Shown here: positions 1 through 8,220 of the stretch, one piece after another
How the letters are laid out: each line of letters opens with the position of its first letter
How positions within the stretch are numbered: position 1 is the stretch's first letter
DNA from: a virus
Length of the DNA: 42,525 nt
Reading direction: 5' to 3' (one strand)
Virus record (IMG/VR): IMGVR_UViG_3300045988_020566
Program-made: the position numbers and the translations under genes
Notes under the pieces: generated by a model
What the model saw: the letters and a program-made list of their open reading frames with translations, nothing else
What the model was told of the DNA's origin: nothing
The model's database searches: none

Positions 1-99
1 GTTTTTTTGGTCTTGACCATTTTGGTTTGCGCTGCGATTTTGGCGATAAGTGGGGCGGACATATGAAGGCAAAAAAATGCCCCGCCCAATGTTGCAGCA
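1..99. repeat. terminal direct repeat copy 1 (identical to 42427-42525)
   Basis: Read base by base: gtttttttggtcttgaccattttgg...ccaatgttgcagca is identical at both window ends. The gene 42298-42492 runs into the repeat. Confidence 0.95.
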
Positions 100-113
100 T
101 CGAGCGGGGCGGG
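71..113 (-). terminator. GC-rich hairpin with A7/T7 tract (intrinsic-terminator-like on minus strand)
   Basis: gccccgc (79-85) pairs with gcggggc (104-110). A7 at 71-77 gives a T7 tract after the hairpin on the minus strand. The loop carries TGTTGCAG, like the hairpin at 40355-40396. Confidence 0.4.
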
Positions 114-181
114 TGGGACAAATCTCACCACAAGATATTGTGTCCGTGCTTATTGTAGCACGTGAGAAAGGAAAAGGCAAG

Positions 182-427
182 ATGCTAAAGCCACAACAGT
201 TAACGCGACGGCGAAATGACCTTGAGCGAGCCGTGCGCGGCGCGATGGGACGGGCGTTGATTCGCACCGGCAAGGAGCTGGGCGAGGAAATCGGCTTATC
301 GGAAACGCAAATTTGCAACAGAATGGCGGGGCGTTCCCGCTGGACTTTAGAGGAAATTTGGGAGCTTGACCGAGTTTTGCAATTTACGGACGCAGAAAAG
401 CTCATGCTGATCGGAGGCACGAAATGA
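182..427 (+). CDS. small HTH DNA-binding protein (early regulator)
   Basis: Part of ORF 50-427. The ATG at 182 follows gaaaggaaaagg. The translation has an HTH-like stretch, GKELGEEIGLSETQICNRMAG. The part upstream of 182 overlaps a hairpin. Confidence 0.55.
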   Translation: MLKPQQLTRRRNDLERAVRGAMGRALIRTGKELGEEIGLSETQICNRMAGRSRWTLEEIWELDRVLQFTDAEKLMLIGGTK

Positions 428-579
428 TTGACACGCTGTTTTTCGGCGGCATTGCCGCTGCGGTGATCGCGCTGAACGGCTGCGATTTTTCGACGGGCCT
501 CGCTGTCATCGGCGCGTGCGCGGTGTGCAAGGGGCTGTATGAGCTGCTGCCGTATATCGACAGGGGGTGCAGACGGTGA
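424..579 (+). CDS. 51-aa hydrophobic peptide (putative membrane protein)
   Basis: ATGA overlap with the previous stop. Translation MIDTLFFGGIAAAVIALNGC...AVIGACAVCKGLYELLPYIDRGCRR. Too short for the ORF track; read by hand. Confidence 0.4.
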   Translation: MIDTLFFGGIAAAVIALNGCDFSTGLAVIGACAVCKGLYELLPYIDRGCRR

Positions 580-1106
580 GACGGCACGACAAGCGCACGA
601 GAGAGCAGCGCAAGGCGGACGAATCGGCGCTGTTCGCGGCGGCGTGTCTGGGGGCGACGGTCCTCTTGATCGTGATCTCAATCCTCGCCACCAGCGCGCA
701 GGCGGTCGATGCGGAACCGGAAGAAGCCCCCATCGTAGAGGAGTATAACCCCGCGTGGGACATTCCCGCGACTGAAAGCGCAGTGTGCAATGACGTGTTT
801 CTTGGTGAGTTTACGCTCACGGCCTATTGCCCCGGGCGCTGCTGCTGCGGCAAATGGGCAAGCGGCTACACCGCGACCGGCACGCTGGCGACCGAGGGAC
901 GCACGATTGCGGTTGACCCGAAGGTTATTCCATACGGTTCGCGCGTCCTGCTGATCTGGCCGGACGGCACGCAGCACAGCTACATCGCCGAAGACTGCGG
1001 CGGCGGCGTAAACGGCAATCACATCGACGTGTTTTTTGGCGATCATCAGGCGGCGCGCGTATTCGGCGTGCAGAGCGCGATGGCGTATTTGGAGGCGGAG
1101 GAATGA
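567..1106 (+). CDS. membrane-anchored 3D-domain (RlpA/MltA-like double-psi barrel) muralytic protein
   Basis: N-terminal anchor LFAAACLGATVLLIVISILATSAQA. Typical 3D-domain string TLTAYCPGRCCCGKWASGYTATGT...GRTIAVDPKVIPYGSRV...DCGGGVNGNHIDVFF. Confidence 0.75.
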   Translation: MQTVRRHDKRTREQRKADESALFAAACLGATVLLIVISILATSAQAVDAEPEEAPIVEEYNPAWDIPATESAVCNDVFLGEFTLTAYCPGRCCCGKWASGYTATGTLATEGRTIAVDPKVIPYGSRVLLIWPDGTQHSYIAEDCGGGVNGNHIDVFFGDHQAARVFGVQSAMAYLEAEE

Positions 1107-1270
1107 TGCACTGCGAATCATGCGGCGCTGATTTTGAGCACCCTGACATTTACCGCGAGAAAGAGAACATCGACGGAGAACGCGGCGTGTGGCTGCACAG
1201 CGTAGCGAGTTGCCCGTACTGCGGGGAAGAGTTTTTTGAGGAAATGAAAGAGGACGAAGATGATGGATAA
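1103..1270 (+). CDS. 55-aa zinc-ribbon protein
   Basis: Hand-translated, with no internal stop. Two CxxC pairs (CESC ... CPYC), an acidic tail, and overlaps with both neighbouring genes. Confidence 0.5.
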   Translation: MMHCESCGADFEHPDIYREKENIDGERGVWLHSVASCPYCGEEFFEEMKEDEDDG

Positions 1271-2105
1271 CAACCTGATGAAAGTGACACAGCTCCCCGT
1301 AATCGAGGAGCATTTGAGGAGCCGGAAGGAGCAGACGGAGCAGCGCGTCGCAGAGGCAATGAGCGTTGTCTGCACCGACGAGACCTTAACCAGCGTGAAG
1401 AACATTCGCGCCGAGATGAACCGCGAGTTTGCCGACGCCGAGACCCAGCGCAAGGCCATTAAAGCTGCGATCATGGAGAAGTACGACAGCTTCGAAGCCG
1501 TCTACCGTGAGTGCATCGCTGACCCGTACAAGCGCGCCGACGCAGACCTGAAAGCCAAGATCGACGCGACGGAAAGCGAGATCAAGAGCCGCTGCGAGGA
1601 AATGCTGCTGGGCTATTTTCGGGAGCTGTGCGCGGTCAACGAGATCGATTTCCTTTCGTTCGGGCAGACCGGCGTTAAGGTCGATATGACGAGCGCCAGA
1701 GCTAAGACGCCGAAGAAACTCATGGAGCAGATCAAGCTAAAGGTGGACGGCGTGGCACAGGACATGAAAACCATTGGCACGATGGGAGAGAACGCGCCGG
1801 AGATCATGGTGGAGTACAAAAAGAACCTCGACCTCTCGCTTGCAATCTCCGTTGTCAACGAGCATCACCGCCGCGCCGAGGAGGAGCGCGAGGCCGTGAA
1901 ACGCCGCACGGAAATGGAGGAGGCCCGCGTTGCCGGAGCACCCGTCCGCGAGGATACTGGCGCAGCGGCCCCGCAGGTCGTCCCGAAGCGCGTGGAGCAG
2001 GCGGTGGTCGAACGCCTCACGGTGTCGTTCCGCGTGACCGATACGCGCGAGCGCCTGCGCCTTTTGAAGCAATTCCTTGTCAGCAATGGCTATCAGTACG
2101 AATGA
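1260..2105 (+). CDS. DUF1351-like protein accompanying the recombinase
   Basis: 281-aa ORF directly upstream of the annealase. N-terminus VTQLPVIEEHL followed by long charged helices. Family assignment is from memory of Firmicutes phage RecT modules. Confidence 0.5.
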   Translation: MMDNNLMKVTQLPVIEEHLRSRKEQTEQRVAEAMSVVCTDETLTSVKNIRAEMNREFADAETQRKAIKAAIMEKYDSFEAVYRECIADPYKRADADLKAKIDATESEIKSRCEEMLLGYFRELCAVNEIDFLSFGQTGVKVDMTSARAKTPKKLMEQIKLKVDGVAQDMKTIGTMGENAPEIMVEYKKNLDLSLAISVVNEHHRRAEEEREAVKRRTEMEEARVAGAPVREDTGAAAPQVVPKRVEQAVVERLTVSFRVTDTRERLRLLKQFLVSNGYQYE

Positions 2106-2126
2106 TTATTTGAGGAGGATATTACC

Positions 2127-3014
2127 ATGAACGAAATGCAGACCTACAACAGCACCGAAGTTGTGAGCGCCAAGAGCGTGAACACCGAAATGATGATTTC
2201 CCGTCAGGCGCAGGAGGTACAGGCGGCAATGGTCGTCGCCAAGCGCTTTCCCCGTGACGAGATCGAAGCGAACAACCGCATTCTCAACGCCTGCAAGCGC
2301 AAGAGCCTTGCCGAGCGCGCGATCTATGAATATCCGCGCGGCGGCGAGAACGTGACCGGCCCCTCAATCCGTCTCGCCGAGGTCATGGCACAGAATTGGG
2401 GCAACCTCGACTTCGGCATTACCGAGCTGGAGCAGAAAAATGGCGAGAGTACCGTCATGGCCTACTGCTGGGATTTGGAGACCAACACCCGCCAGACAAA
2501 GATCTTCACCGTGCCGCATATCCGCTACACCAAGAAAGGCAGCGTTGCCCTCACCGACCCGCGCGACATCTATGAAATGGTCGCCAATCAGGGCGCGCGC
2601 CGTATGCGCGCATGCATTCTTGGCATTATCCCCGGCGACGTGGTAGACGCCGCTCTTGCGGCGTGTACCAAGACGATGATGGGAAAGAGCGATGAACCCA
2701 TGATTGACCGCGTACGCAAGATGGGACAGGCGTTCAAGGACGATTTCGGCGTACCGATGGAGTGCCTTGAAAAGTACATCGGTTGCAAGGCCGAAGCGTT
2801 CACGGCGCAGAGCATCGTGCGCCTGCGTAATGTATATACCTCACTAAAAGAGGGACGCGCGAACCGCGAGCAGTATTTTGATCTTCCGACCGTCGAAGTG
2901 GACGAAACTACAGGCGAGGTCAAGAACGAGCTGCCCGCTCCCGCTGATGCCATCGGTACGCCGGACGACGGAAAGACCGGCATTCCCAAGCAGGTGAGCA
3001 TGAATGATCTGTAA
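2127..3014 (+). CDS. single-strand annealing recombinase (RecT/Redbeta-superfamily-like)
   Basis: GAGGAGG SD. Position between DUF1351-like and MBL hydrolase genes. Motifs YEYPRGGENVTGPSIRLAE and RRMRACILGIIPGD. The family call needs a profile search. Confidence 0.6.
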   Translation: MNEMQTYNSTEVVSAKSVNTEMMISRQAQEVQAAMVVAKRFPRDEIEANNRILNACKRKSLAERAIYEYPRGGENVTGPSIRLAEVMAQNWGNLDFGITELEQKNGESTVMAYCWDLETNTRQTKIFTVPHIRYTKKGSVALTDPRDIYEMVANQGARRMRACILGIIPGDVVDAALAACTKTMMGKSDEPMIDRVRKMGQAFKDDFGVPMECLEKYIGCKAEAFTAQSIVRLRNVYTSLKEGRANREQYFDLPTVEVDETTGEVKNELPAPADAIGTPDDGKTGIPKQVSMNDL

Positions 3015-3720
3015 GGTCAAGGTCATTTCGACCGGCTCCAAGGGGAACGCCGTACTGCTGAATGATGAAATACTCATTGACTGCGGCGTTCCCTTTCGGG
3101 AACTCGAACCATACTGCAATGGGTTGAGGCTCGTCCTGCTGACGCACGTTCACGGCGACCACTTTAACCCCGAGACCATCAAGCGCCTGCACTTCCTGCG
3201 CCCTGCGCTGCGCTGGTGCGTCCCTCCGTGGCTCATGGACCCGATGGGACGCATCGGCGTGGACCGCCGCGTGACCGACGAGGGCATGGCAGGCCATGTG
3301 CTGTTCTACTCCTGTTCCCTTCTCTACCCCGTCTATGTGTCCTACAATTCCATTCCTCACGATGTTCCGAATTGTGCGTGGCATATCGAATTTGCAAACG
3401 GCGAGCGCGTGTTCTATGCGACGGACTGCGCCTCGCTGGACGGCATTGTGGCGCAGGACTACGACCTTTATCTAATCGAAGCTAACTACGGCGAAGAAGA
3501 GATACAGGAGCGCATGAAACGCAAGCTGGAGGCGGAAGAGTTCAGCTATGAGAGTCGCGCGATGGCGAGCCATCTATCCCGCGAGCAGGCGCGCGCATGG
3601 CTCGCCCAAAACGCCGCCATCGGTAAGAGCCGTGTGTTCTATCTGCACCAACACCAAGATGAGGAGGCCGCCCATGATACCTTGGGTACAAGTTTACAGC
3701 AATCTTCCGATGCACCCTAA
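3004..3720 (+). CDS. MBL-fold metallo-hydrolase (putative recombination exonuclease partner)
   Basis: HxHxDH motif (LLTHVHGDHF) after a GNAVLL...IDCG strand. Overlaps the annealase gene. Confidence 0.8.
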   Translation: MICKVKVISTGSKGNAVLLNDEILIDCGVPFRELEPYCNGLRLVLLTHVHGDHFNPETIKRLHFLRPALRWCVPPWLMDPMGRIGVDRRVTDEGMAGHVLFYSCSLLYPVYVSYNSIPHDVPNCAWHIEFANGERVFYATDCASLDGIVAQDYDLYLIEANYGEEEIQERMKRKLEAEEFSYESRAMASHLSREQARAWLAQNAAIGKSRVFYLHQHQDEEAAHDTLGTSLQQSSDAP

Positions 3721-4066
3721 AACCTCACGGCTCGCTGAGGAATTAAAGCTCACGAGCACGGCCCTTGACCCGAACGTGATTGCCGTCGGCCTCCTCGTCA
3801 GTCTCTGGACATGGGCGATCCAGAACGCCTACAGCGGCGATTTGAGCGAGTGCAGCGCCCGCACGATTGCCAACGCCTGCCAATGGCGCAGGAAGCCGGA
3901 AATTCTTGTGGACGCGCTGAAAAAGGCGGGTTGGCTGGATGGGGACATGAAGCTGCACGATTGGGAGGAATACGCCGTGCTGCTGATCGATCAAGAGGAT
4001 AACCGAAAGGCAAAAACCCGCGAGCGCGTGAAGCGTTACAGAGACGCGAAAAAAGGCGGCATGTAG
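3674..4066 (+). CDS. phage replisome-organiser N-terminal-domain-like protein
   Basis: The ATG at 3674 follows GAGGAGG. Start MIPWVQVYSNLPMHPKTSRL..., a Trp-rich helical domain and a basic tail. ori-like repeats lie immediately downstream. Confidence 0.5.
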   Translation: MIPWVQVYSNLPMHPKTSRLAEELKLTSTALDPNVIAVGLLVSLWTWAIQNAYSGDLSECSARTIANACQWRRKPEILVDALKKAGWLDGDMKLHDWEEYAVLLIDQEDNRKAKTRERVKRYRDAKKGGM

Positions 4067-4253
4067 CGTTACATGTAACGCCATGTGTAACATTACAGAT
4101 ACGCCGTGTAACGCTCCTACCCTACCATACCATACATAACAGTACATAGACGATAGTGCTTACTCCTACCGGAAGTAAGAAATAATCATACTCTCTGCTC
4201 CTATCGAGCGCGCTATCGTAGAGTACCGTAAGACGATACAGGAGGTTTGCCCC
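4067..4253. promoter_or_regulatory. putative replication origin / iteron region
   Basis: Non-coding. Contains the perfect palindrome GCGTTACATGTAACGC, three GTGTAAC/TGTAACG copies, inverted repeats cttact/agtaag and cgatag/ctatcg, and an A+T-rich stretch. Confidence 0.35.
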
Positions 4254-4625
4254 ATGACGAAAGAGGAGATGGTCAAGCTCTCCGGAATGCTGGACGCGTT
4301 CTTTACGTCAGCCCCTGCCAGTCAGCGCGCGAGCGGGAATAATAATATTTTCCTTGCGTACTATCTGGCGCTCGAACCGTTCAGCTACGCACAAGCCCGT
4401 GAGGGCGTCATCGCGCATTCCCGCAACAGTCGTATGTACCCTGCTCCTGCGGAGATCATCGCTTGTATGCCGAAGGCTGTGGCGGTCGAGGGGGAGACTG
4501 CACCGCCGCGTGACCGGAGCTGGATGCGGAAATACGTCCTGCCAGACAACGCGGACAGCGTTTCACGCTATGCGAGGGAGCACGGACTGACGTGGGAAGC
4601 GGCGGCTGCCGAAATGGGAGGGTAG
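4254..4625 (+). CDS. helicase-loader-like protein (SPP1 G39P-like)
   Basis: AGGAGG SD. Pattern KEEMVKL...FSYAQAREGVIAHSRNSRMYPAPAEII resembles the G39P loader family (from memory). No helicase gene is present in the phage. Confidence 0.4.
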   Translation: MTKEEMVKLSGMLDAFFTSAPASQRASGNNNIFLAYYLALEPFSYAQAREGVIAHSRNSRMYPAPAEIIACMPKAVAVEGETAPPRDRSWMRKYVLPDNADSVSRYAREHGLTWEAAAAEMGG

Positions 4626-4627
4626 CA

Positions 4628-5065
4628 ATGGGAATTGATATTTCTCAGCTTGGCAAAGATGCTCAAGCGCAGGTCATGGCAAAGATGGCCGTGCAGGAAG
4701 TCAAGAAGCGCAGCAAGTACGGCAACCGCAAGGTCGTGCGCGACGGCATCAAATTTGATTCAGAGCGAGAGGCGGCGCGATTCGGCGAGCTGAAAGTGCT
4801 GCGAGCGATGGGGAAGATTCGCGACCTGCGGCTGCAAGTGAATTTCACGCTCGTTGAAGGCTACACGACCATCGAAGGCAAACGCATCAAGCCGATGGTC
4901 TACCGTGCGGATTTTACCTACGAGCGGGTGACCGAGCCGGACTGCAACGGCACGGTGCGCTGGCTGCACGAGGTAGAGGACGTGAAGGGTATGAAAACGA
5001 AGGACTATCTGCTCAAAAAGAAACTGATGCAGGACAAGTACGGCATCACGATCCGCGAGGTGTGA
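4628..5065 (+). CDS. DUF1064-family protein (PD-(D/E)xK-like nuclease)
   Basis: SKYGNRKVVRDGIKFDSEREAARFGELKVL...YRADFTY...EDVKG is the DUF1064 signature. Start chosen at ATG 4628, inside ORF 4592-5065. Confidence 0.7.
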   Translation: MGIDISQLGKDAQAQVMAKMAVQEVKKRSKYGNRKVVRDGIKFDSEREAARFGELKVLRAMGKIRDLRLQVNFTLVEGYTTIEGKRIKPMVYRADFTYERVTEPDCNGTVRWLHEVEDVKGMKTKDYLLKKKLMQDKYGITIREV

Positions 5066-5066
5066 G

Positions 5067-5261
5067 ATGAGCTTTGAGCATTGCCACTTCTGCAAGCCGC
5101 CTGTGCGCTATCCCGGCTGCCAGGACCATTGCCCGTATTATGCGGAGGATATTGAGAAGGTCCGGGCAGCGAAGGCCGAAGAGAAGCGGCAGACGCAGGA
5201 GAAAGACGACTACTTGAGCGCGCGCCATTTCAAGACGCGGCGCTATCAACGACTGAAATGA
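5067..5261 (+). CDS. small Cys/His-rich protein
   Basis: 64-aa ORF with an HCHFC...GCQDHC metal-binding-like cluster and a basic C-terminus. Confidence 0.5.
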   Translation: MSFEHCHFCKPPVRYPGCQDHCPYYAEDIEKVRAAKAEEKRQTQEKDDYLSARHFKTRRYQRLK

Positions 5262-5274
5262 GGGAGCGAAAAAG

Positions 5275-5715
5275 ATGAATGTAAAAGACACTGCGGAACG
5301 AATTCGTGGGCTGAGAACTGCCGCTGGCATGAGCCAAGCGAGTTTTGCCGCCATGTGCGGCATTGAGCAAGGGCAGCTGTGCAACTACGAGATGGCGCGC
5401 ATCATGCCGACTATCCCACTGTGCGAGCGGATTTGCCGCGCCGTCGGCATCAACCTGCTCGATTTTCTGCGGGAGGATGACAAGGGAAAAAGCGGAATCC
5501 CGACCGAGAAACGCATTGGCGAGAGGGTGAAAGCCCTGCGCCTGATGCGAGGGATGAACCAAACAGAACTTGCGGAGAAGTCAGGCGTAGCGGACAGCAC
5601 GATTTCATCCATCGAGCGCGGCGAGCGATACGGTATAGTCACGACATATCTCTATCTCGCCGAAGCACTGGACGTGTCGCTTGACGCTCTGATCTACGGG
5701 GAGGAGCGCGCATGA
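5275..5715 (+). CDS. tandem XRE-type HTH transcriptional regulator
   Basis: Two HTH_3-like repeats: IRGLRTAAGMSQASFAAMCGIEQGQLCNYE and VKALRLMRGMNQTELAEKSGVADSTISSIERG. Confidence 0.8.
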   Translation: MNVKDTAERIRGLRTAAGMSQASFAAMCGIEQGQLCNYEMARIMPTIPLCERICRAVGINLLDFLREDDKGKSGIPTEKRIGERVKALRLMRGMNQTELAEKSGVADSTISSIERGERYGIVTTYLYLAEALDVSLDALIYGEERA

Positions 5716-6404
5716 ACATTGTTGCAAATATCGATTGCATGGAGGCAATGAAGAAGCTGCCGGACAAGGCTTTTGACCTCGCTGTGGTCGATCCGCCGTA
5801 TTTCAGCGGGCCGGAACGGCGTGGGTATTACGGCTGCAAGGTCAGCAAAATCGGTGTGCACAGAGACTACCCCATATCGCCGAAGTGGGATATTCCGACA
5901 CGTGAATATTTCGATGAGTTGGAACGGGTCGCAAAGCGCTATATTGTTTGGGGTTGCAACTATTTCGACTATCACTTTGCGCCGGGGCGCGTTGTTTGGG
6001 ACAAGTGCAACGAGGGTAGCTCTTTTAGCGATTGCGAGATTGCAGCTACAAACTGCCATGACAGCGTTCGGCTTTTCCGCTACATGTGGAATGGCATGAT
6101 GCAGGGCAAAAGCATCGCAGAGGGGTTTATCCAGCAAGGGAATAAGGCGCTGAACGAGCAGCGCATTCATCCGACGCAGAAGCCTGTGGCGCTTTACGTG
6201 TGGTTGCTTCAGAACTACGCCAAGCCCGGAGACAAGATACTCGATACACACCTCGGCAGCGGAAGCAGCCGCATCGCTGCATTGGAGCTTGGGCTCGATT
6301 TTGTGGGATACGAAATTGACGCACACTACTACGAAGCGCAGGAAAGGCGCTTTGAGGAATACATCTCACAAGGGAGTTTGTTTTTGTGGGAGGCGCGCGC
6401 ATGA
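5712..6404 (+). CDS. DNA methyltransferase (beta-class N6A/N4C, DPPY)
   Basis: Motif IV VVDPPYF near the N-terminus, then HPTQKP and motif I ILDTHLGSGSS near the C-terminus. Confidence 0.85.
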   Translation: MNIVANIDCMEAMKKLPDKAFDLAVVDPPYFSGPERRGYYGCKVSKIGVHRDYPISPKWDIPTREYFDELERVAKRYIVWGCNYFDYHFAPGRVVWDKCNEGSSFSDCEIAATNCHDSVRLFRYMWNGMMQGKSIAEGFIQQGNKALNEQRIHPTQKPVALYVWLLQNYAKPGDKILDTHLGSGSSRIAALELGLDFVGYEIDAHYYEAQERRFEEYISQGSLFLWEARA

Positions 6405-6655
6405 GCCGATTTGTTATGAGCAAAACGCCGTGGGAGCGCTGCCCGTATCCGGGCCTCAAAGCGGCGCTCGAAAAGACCGACTACAACCAGGCCACGCTTG
6501 CCGATGCGACCGGCATTTCGGCGACCAACGTGAGCCGGTATATCAAGGGAGACGTGGATGTGACCGTGCGGGCGTTCCTCGCGTTGGAGGATTTGACTGG
6601 GAAACCGTTTCGGGAGCTGTTCGGAGAATGCGAGGGGAGCCGTGGAAGGGTATAG
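6401..6655 (+). CDS. small HTH protein
   Basis: ATGA overlap with the methyltransferase stop. HTH-like stretch YNQATLADATGISATNVSRYIKG. Confidence 0.6.
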   Translation: MSRFVMSKTPWERCPYPGLKAALEKTDYNQATLADATGISATNVSRYIKGDVDVTVRAFLALEDLTGKPFRELFGECEGSRGRV

Positions 6656-7721
6656 CAATCAGCCGATTCCGAAAGAGGCGGCGAAACAGCTCTTAGCCCT
6701 CGATCTGGAAGACAAAGAAATCCTAACTTACGAAAAGCTCGACCAGTGGTACACCGCGTGGAACGGAAAGTGCTACGTGTCGTTCTCAGGCGGAAAGGAT
6801 AGCACGGTGCTGGTATACTTGGCAGCGCGATATCTATCAAGCTTTCGATCCCCGCCATATCCGCTGACGCTGGTATTTGTCAACACGGGGCTGGAATACC
6901 CGGAGATACAGAGGTTCGTGAACGAGTACGCGGATTGGCTGCGTGGAGAGTTCCCACGAATCACCGTTGAGCTTGTGCGGCTGCGCCCGAAGATGAATAT
7001 CCGGCAGGTGGTGCGGAAGTACGGGTATAGCATCGTGAGCAAGGAGGTTGCGGCGTATGTTGAAGAAGCAAGGGTAAAGCCTGACGGACGATCTGCGGCG
7101 CGGCTTCGCGGCGAATATTTGCGAAAGGACGGCAAACCGAGCGAATACAACTGCGAAAAGTGGGAATTTCTGCTATACGCACCATTCGCAATATCTTCAA
7201 GGTGCTGCGGAGAGATGAAAAAGAGGCCGATGAACGCCTATATGAGAAAAACGCAAAGAGTCCCTACGATGGCGACAATGGCGCAAGAAAGCCGCTTGAG
7301 AACTAAAGTTTGGCTGAAAAACGGTTGCAATGTTTTTGAAGGGAAACACCCAGCAGGGACGCCCATGAGCTTTTGGACGGAGCAAGACGTATTACGGTTT
7401 ATCGTAGACCGGCAAATCCCTATCGCAAGCGTCTACGGCGATATCGTGGCCAGCGACGGCGAGAACGACTACACCGAAACGCTGATCGACTGCAAACTAC
7501 ACTGCACGGGATGCCAGAGGACAGGGTGCATGTTCTGCGGTTTCGGCGCGCACCTCGAAAAGGGTGAAAACCGCTTCGAGCGCATGAAGCACACGCACCC
7601 GAAGCACTATGAGTTTTGCATCGGCGGAGGGGCTTACGATCCTGCTGACGGGCTATGGAAGCCCAACGAAAAGGGGCTTGGCTACGGTCGAGTGCTGGAT
7701 TTTATCGGAGTGAGGTATTGA
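6642..7721 (+). CDS. PAPS-reductase-family (PP-loop ATPase) protein with C-terminal Cys cluster
   Basis: PP-loop VSFSGGKDSTV and C-terminal cluster CKLHCTGCQRTGCMFCGFG. 359 aa. Confidence 0.85.
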   Translation: MEGYSNQPIPKEAAKQLLALDLEDKEILTYEKLDQWYTAWNGKCYVSFSGGKDSTVLVYLAARYLSSFRSPPYPLTLVFVNTGLEYPEIQRFVNEYADWLRGEFPRITVELVRLRPKMNIRQVVRKYGYSIVSKEVAAYVEEARVKPDGRSAARLRGEYLRKDGKPSEYNCEKWEFLLYAPFAISSRCCGEMKKRPMNAYMRKTQRVPTMATMAQESRLRTKVWLKNGCNVFEGKHPAGTPMSFWTEQDVLRFIVDRQIPIASVYGDIVASDGENDYTETLIDCKLHCTGCQRTGCMFCGFGAHLEKGENRFERMKHTHPKHYEFCIGGGAYDPADGLWKPNEKGLGYGRVLDFIGVRY

Positions 7722-7723
7722 TT

Positions 7724-7906
7724 TTGAACATCAGAGACACATACAGCTGGATACCCACAGCCTTTGAGGGCGCGAGCGGATTATGCAGTTTTGAAAAATT
7801 GAAAACCGTGCACGGCAGAATCGTCTACATCAACGAGGCGCACCGCTACTTTACGGCGGATGCGGATATCAACGGGAAGAATCTCAGAGAGAGTTTTAAA
7901 TTTTAA
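7724..7906 (+). CDS. hypothetical small protein
   Basis: Tail of ORF 7655-7906. A TTG at 7718 or 7724 follows ggagtgagg. The start is uncertain. Confidence 0.35.
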   Translation: MNIRDTYSWIPTAFEGASGLCSFEKLKTVHGRIVYINEAHRYFTADADINGKNLRESFKF

Positions 7907-7929
7907 CAAAAATCAGGAGGAATTTCATC

Positions 7930-8220
7930 ATGAACAACAATCAGGACTACATCGTTCGCTGCGACCGCGCAGGCGTATTTTTCGGCAAGATCAAGGAGAG
8001 AAACGGCTCCGAGGTCACCATGACGGAGGTGCGAAAGCTGTGGAGCTGGGACGGCGCGTGTGCCGTGGAGCAGTTGGCGCAGGATGGCACAAAAACACCG
8101 GGCAACTGCCGTTTTACCGTGACGGTCCCGGAGATGACCGTGCTTGGTGCGATCCAGATCATCCCGTGCACAGACACGGCATCTGCGTCTCTTCGAGGCG
8201 TAAAGGAGTGGAAGAGATGA
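7930..8220 (+). CDS. hypothetical protein
   Basis: AGGAGG SD. 96-aa ORF whose stop overlaps the next start (ATGA). Confidence 0.6.
   Translation: MNNNQDYIVRCDRAGVFFGKIKERNGSEVTMTEVRKLWSWDGACAVEQLAQDGTKTPGNCRFTVTVPEMTVLGAIQIIPCTDTASASLRGVKEWKR

Noticed and set aside
1-99. Biological long terminal repeat / cos ends
   Set aside because: A gene reads through the junction, and the repeat length of 99 is typical of an assembler k-mer overlap. It is treated as evidence of circularity rather than as a physical terminal repeat, pending read-terminus analysis.
7860-8216. Long N-terminal extension of the Gly-Tyr repeat ORF (track start 7860)
   Set aside because: It overlaps, in another frame, the well-supported gene 7930-8220. 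ATG 8217 is coupled to that gene's stop (ATGA).
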